Source of the DNA: Octopus bimaculoides
Taxonomy: Eukaryota
Length of the DNA stretch: 64,000 nt
Assembly: GCF_001194135.2 (NCBI RefSeq)
Contig: NC_068981.1
Location: 162,620,481 to 162,684,480, forward strand
Direction: 5' to 3'
The notes under the pieces were generated by a model, which was given only the letters and a program-made list of their open reading frames with translations, had not been told where the DNA came from and made no database searches. Below, one piece after another: positions 62,884 to 64,000 of the stretch; the stretch's first letter is position 1, and each line of letters begins with the position of its first letter. The position numbers and the translations under genes are program-made.

Positions 62884-63490
62884 TAAATATAAATATATGC
62901 ATATATATATATGTACATACCTACATATTTATGTATATATACATGCATATATGGATACAGGACATCAAAAAAACATAGAAAGAATGAAAAATGAGAATAT
63001 AAAAAACAAAAACATAGAAAACAAACTTTTTTTCGCACAGAGACATACAACATAAAGAACATACTCTTCATCAGTTGTCCCCTGTTTTATCTTACTTCAC
63101 GTTTCGAAGGTAAGGACAAGGCGTGACTTCGTTAAAACAGTCCTTTCACCCTCCGCAAAAAATCCCAAATTTAATTTAATTTGCTTTGCGGGAAGGACTG
63201 TTTTAACAAAGTCACGTCTTGTCCTTACCTTCGAAACGTGGAGTAGATAAAACAGGGGACAACTGATGAAGGGAATGTTCTTTATGTTGTATGTCTCATT
63301 TCTCTGTTTGTGTTTTTTGTTGTTCGAAAAAACGTTCGTTTTCTATGTTTTTGCTTTTTATATTCTTGTTTCTCATTCTGTCTACATTTTTTTGATGTCC
63401 TGTACCCATATATGCATGTATATATACATATATATATATATGTAGGTATGTACATATATGCATGTATATATGCATATATTTATATATTAT
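62884..63490. repeat. Large foldback with ~290-bp arms centred near 63174
   Basis: 63066-63143 vs the reverse complement of 63196-63271 shows about 4 differences in 77 bp. Pairing extends outwards through catacaacataaagaac / gttctttatgttgtatg, gatacaggacatcaaaaaaa / tttttttgatgtcctgtac and the TA-rich ends. Confidence 0.95.
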
Positions 63491-63553
63491 TTATATTATT
63501 ACATGATCGAACGCCACACATCCTTTTCCAAGTAAGTTTTATATATATAATAT

Positions 63554-63589
<36 letters not shown>

Positions 63590-63591
<2 letters not shown>

Positions 63592-63987
63592 GCACGGATG
63601 GCTGTGTGTTAAAAGTTCCCTTCCCGTTCCCAACCAGGAGGTTTTGAGTTCAATCCCACTGAATGACACCTTGGGCAATGTCTTCTACTATAACCCGAAG
63701 CAACAAATGCCCTTGAGTAGATTTAGTTGAGGGAGATTGAAAGGAACCTCTTGGAATTGTATGTGTGTTTGTGTTGGTATCTCCTTGTCTTGACATTGAA
63801 TATTAATAGTAAATGAGTGTCACAATCATTCAAATGGTGTCATTTGTTTCTTGTCTTCCATGAGAATATGTTTGGCTTTGGGAAGGAAACAGACGTGTTG
63901 GTGACAGCAATAGTAGCTGGCCATAGAAAATATATCTCAGCAAATTTTGTCTGACTCATGCAAGCATGGAAATATGGGTGTTAAAAT
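63590..63987 (+). mobile_element. Chimeric SINE family C
   Basis: Head gagttcaatccc..accttgggcaatgtcttctactata; tail tctgactcatgcaagcatggaaatatgggtgttaaaata. Confidence 0.7.
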
Positions 63988-64000
63988 AAATAAACAAAAA

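Overview
This is AT-rich, repeat-saturated, apparently non-coding animal DNA (intron or intergenic). It has nine N-gaps totalling about 2.1 kb. The SINE, LINE and microsatellite content resembles what I know of octopus genomes; the species call is inference and I could not check it. I cannot support any host protein-coding exon. The supplied ORFs are microsatellite translations, gap read-throughs, antisense readings of one LINE 3' UTR, or decayed transposon ORFs. Well-supported content: at least four tRNA-derived SINE families built from shared modules; many 5'-truncated RTE-clade LINE ends with (GAT)n tails, including one young copy with an open RT frame; an R4/Dong-like RLE LINE relic; a Tc1 transposase relic; hAT MITEs with 8-bp TSDs; TTAA piggyBac-type MITEs; and a Helitron-like 3' end. 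The best leads are a set of foldback elements carrying partial hammerhead-ribozyme/Penelope-like motifs, LINE 3' UTRs built from tandem 65-nt or 41-nt units, a PHD-like Cys/His module inside an RT, a pre-miRNA-shaped hairpin, and one candidate signal-peptide start exon. None of these is proven to be a new system. Boundaries of degraded repeats are approximate (tens of bp).
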